Origin: Takakia lepidozioides
Taxonomy: Eukaryota > Plantae > Bryophyta
Direction: 5' to 3'
Length of the DNA stretch: 64,000 nt
Assembly: GCA_030704615.1 (NCBI GenBank)
Contig: CM060734.1
Coordinates: 29,946,001-30,010,000 of the forward strand
The position numbers and the translations under genes are program-made. The notes under the pieces are model-generated. The model ran no database searches, was not told the origin of the DNA, and worked only from the letters and a program-made list of their open reading frames with translations. Below, one piece after another: positions 62,460 through 64,000 of this stretch. Each line of letters starts with the position of its first letter. Position 1 is the stretch's first letter.

Positions 62460-63991
62460 GAGGTCAGGTTGGACCTACAACAGGGATGACTGTAGACGGA
62501 GTGTCTGAGGACCCTGAGGCTAGTGATGAGCCAGGTGGTGCCAGAGATATACATGAGGATTCGGCTGTGTTGGACTACCTCCGCACGGGAGACACGGCAG
62601 CCACTGTGACTGCCAGGGAGAGGGATCGGATCCTGCAACGAGCCAAGAGGTTCAAGTGGGAGGGGATACACCTACTTCGAGTGTGGGAGGATGGTCGGGT
62701 GAGGATTGTGCCTCACCCCACACAGCGTGCACGGTTAGTGCGGCATGCCCATGAGGAATTGGGGCATTTTGGAGTGCGACGCACTCACAGTTTACTGCAG
62801 GGGCAGTATTGGTGGCGTGGTATGCATACAGAGGTGCAACAGTTCGTGGCTAGGTGCATGGTGTGTGACAGGGTGCGTGCTTCATTCAATGCCCCTACAC
62901 CACAGTTGCATCCTTTACCAATCATGGGATTGGGCTACAGGTGGAGTCTTGACTTCGCAGGACCGTTGCCACTGACTATGCGCCACCACAGATATGTGTT
63001 GGTGATGGTGGAGCACTTCTCCAAGTGGATTGAGTTGGTTCCATTGCGTGACAAGGCTAGTGAGGGGGCTGCGTATGCATTCTTGGATCGTGTGCTTAGC
63101 CGATTTGGTGCTCCAGCTGAGGTACTCACGGACCAAGGGAGAGAGTTCTTGGGGGAGTTTCAGGCTTTGTGTGATAAAGCCTTGATAGACCACCGCACCA
63201 CTTCTCGGGATCATCCTGAGGCCGATGGCTTGGCAGAGAGAGTTGTTCAGACGATGAAGAGGGGTTTGCGCAAGTATGGCTTGCAGAAGGGACACCTAGG
63301 AGATTGGGATCTTCAGGTTCCTTGGTTAGCCATGGGCTACAGGTTCAGCAAACAAGCATCACTTGCCTCCTTCTCACCATATTTCCTTCTCTTTGGCCGA
63401 GAGCCGGATTTGCCTGCAACCATTCGTAGGGACACTGCTCAAGTCCTTAACCTTGACGATCCGGACGTGTGGGTACGTGCATGTGATCAGCGTGCAGAGT
63501 TGTTCAAGAAAGTCATGCCCATGGCTTTTGAGAACCTTGCCATTGCACAGCACCGTGATACGTTGAGGTATGCCACTATACGTGGTGGAGGATATCGTCC
63601 TGGGGTTCGGAGGTTTAGCCCTGGTGACTATGTTTATTTGCAGCAGACTGCTCCTACGACTCTGGATGTTACTGCAGGGCGTGTTATTCTGAGGGTTCGA
63701 GAGGTGTTGCCCTCAGGGGTCCTGATCTTAGAGGGTCGGGATGGCATGACTTGGAAGGACCATGTGCGTAATTGTGCGCCATGTCACCTTCCCAATGTCG
63801 ATGGCAGAGTTGACCCAAACTTGGCAGTGGTACCTGCAGGTTTGAGGTGCATGCTCTGTGGGTCTGCCAAAGGGGCAGCCACCATGCTGGTGTGTGATCG
63901 ATGCTCAAGGGGTTGGCATATGGGATGCTTGACACCACCTCTTGAGAAGGTTCCTGACGGAGATTGGTTGTGTCCACACTGCTTGGGATAG
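62460..63991 (+). CDS. Integrase with C-terminal PHD finger
   Basis: HEELGHFG...CMVC; SLDFAGP, TDQGREF, LAERV; PHD CMLC...CDRC...HMGC...WLCPHC (C4HC3) at 63848-63982. Confidence 0.95.
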
Positions 63992-64000
63992 TGGCAGTGG

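Larger units (their letters stand above)
56978..63991 (+). mobile_element. Ty3/gypsy LTR retrotransposon gag-PR-DNMT-RT-RH-IN-PHD, with a few stops and frameshifts; LTRs not in view
   Basis: Collinear same-strand domains: two CCHC knuckles, LLDSGA protease, C5-MTase, RT YIDD, RNaseH TDWS...TDH, integrase HHCC/DDE, PHD. Confidence 0.95.

Overview
Eukaryotic, repeat-rich land-plant DNA. The PPR-DYW fragment, telo-boxes and spliceosomal introns point to a plant; a bryophyte/lycophyte/fern-type host is my inference. Only two host genes are supported: an intronless 60S ribosomal protein L14 (8225-8626, +) and an 11-exon TFIIA large subunit gene (15466-20569, -). The rest is nested transposon debris. 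It includes four pieces of one non-chromovirus Ty3/gypsy family with a very long ORF after integrase and two 3' LTRs, two RNaseH/RLE (Dualen/RandI-like) non-LTR fragments, a hAT MITE carrying a tRNA-derived SINE, an L1 interrupted by a PPR-DYW fragment, a coiled-coil/RING ORF, and SWIM-domain DNA-transposon remnants with palindromic arrays, plus a 500-N gap. The main finding is at 57-64 kb: a Ty3/gypsy retrotransposon whose polyprotein carries a complete DNMT3-type cytosine-5 DNA methyltransferase between protease and RT, and a PHD finger at the integrase C-terminus where a chromodomain would normally be. This puts a chromatin writer and a chromatin reader in one retroelement. All calls come from motif recognition by eye; no searches were run.
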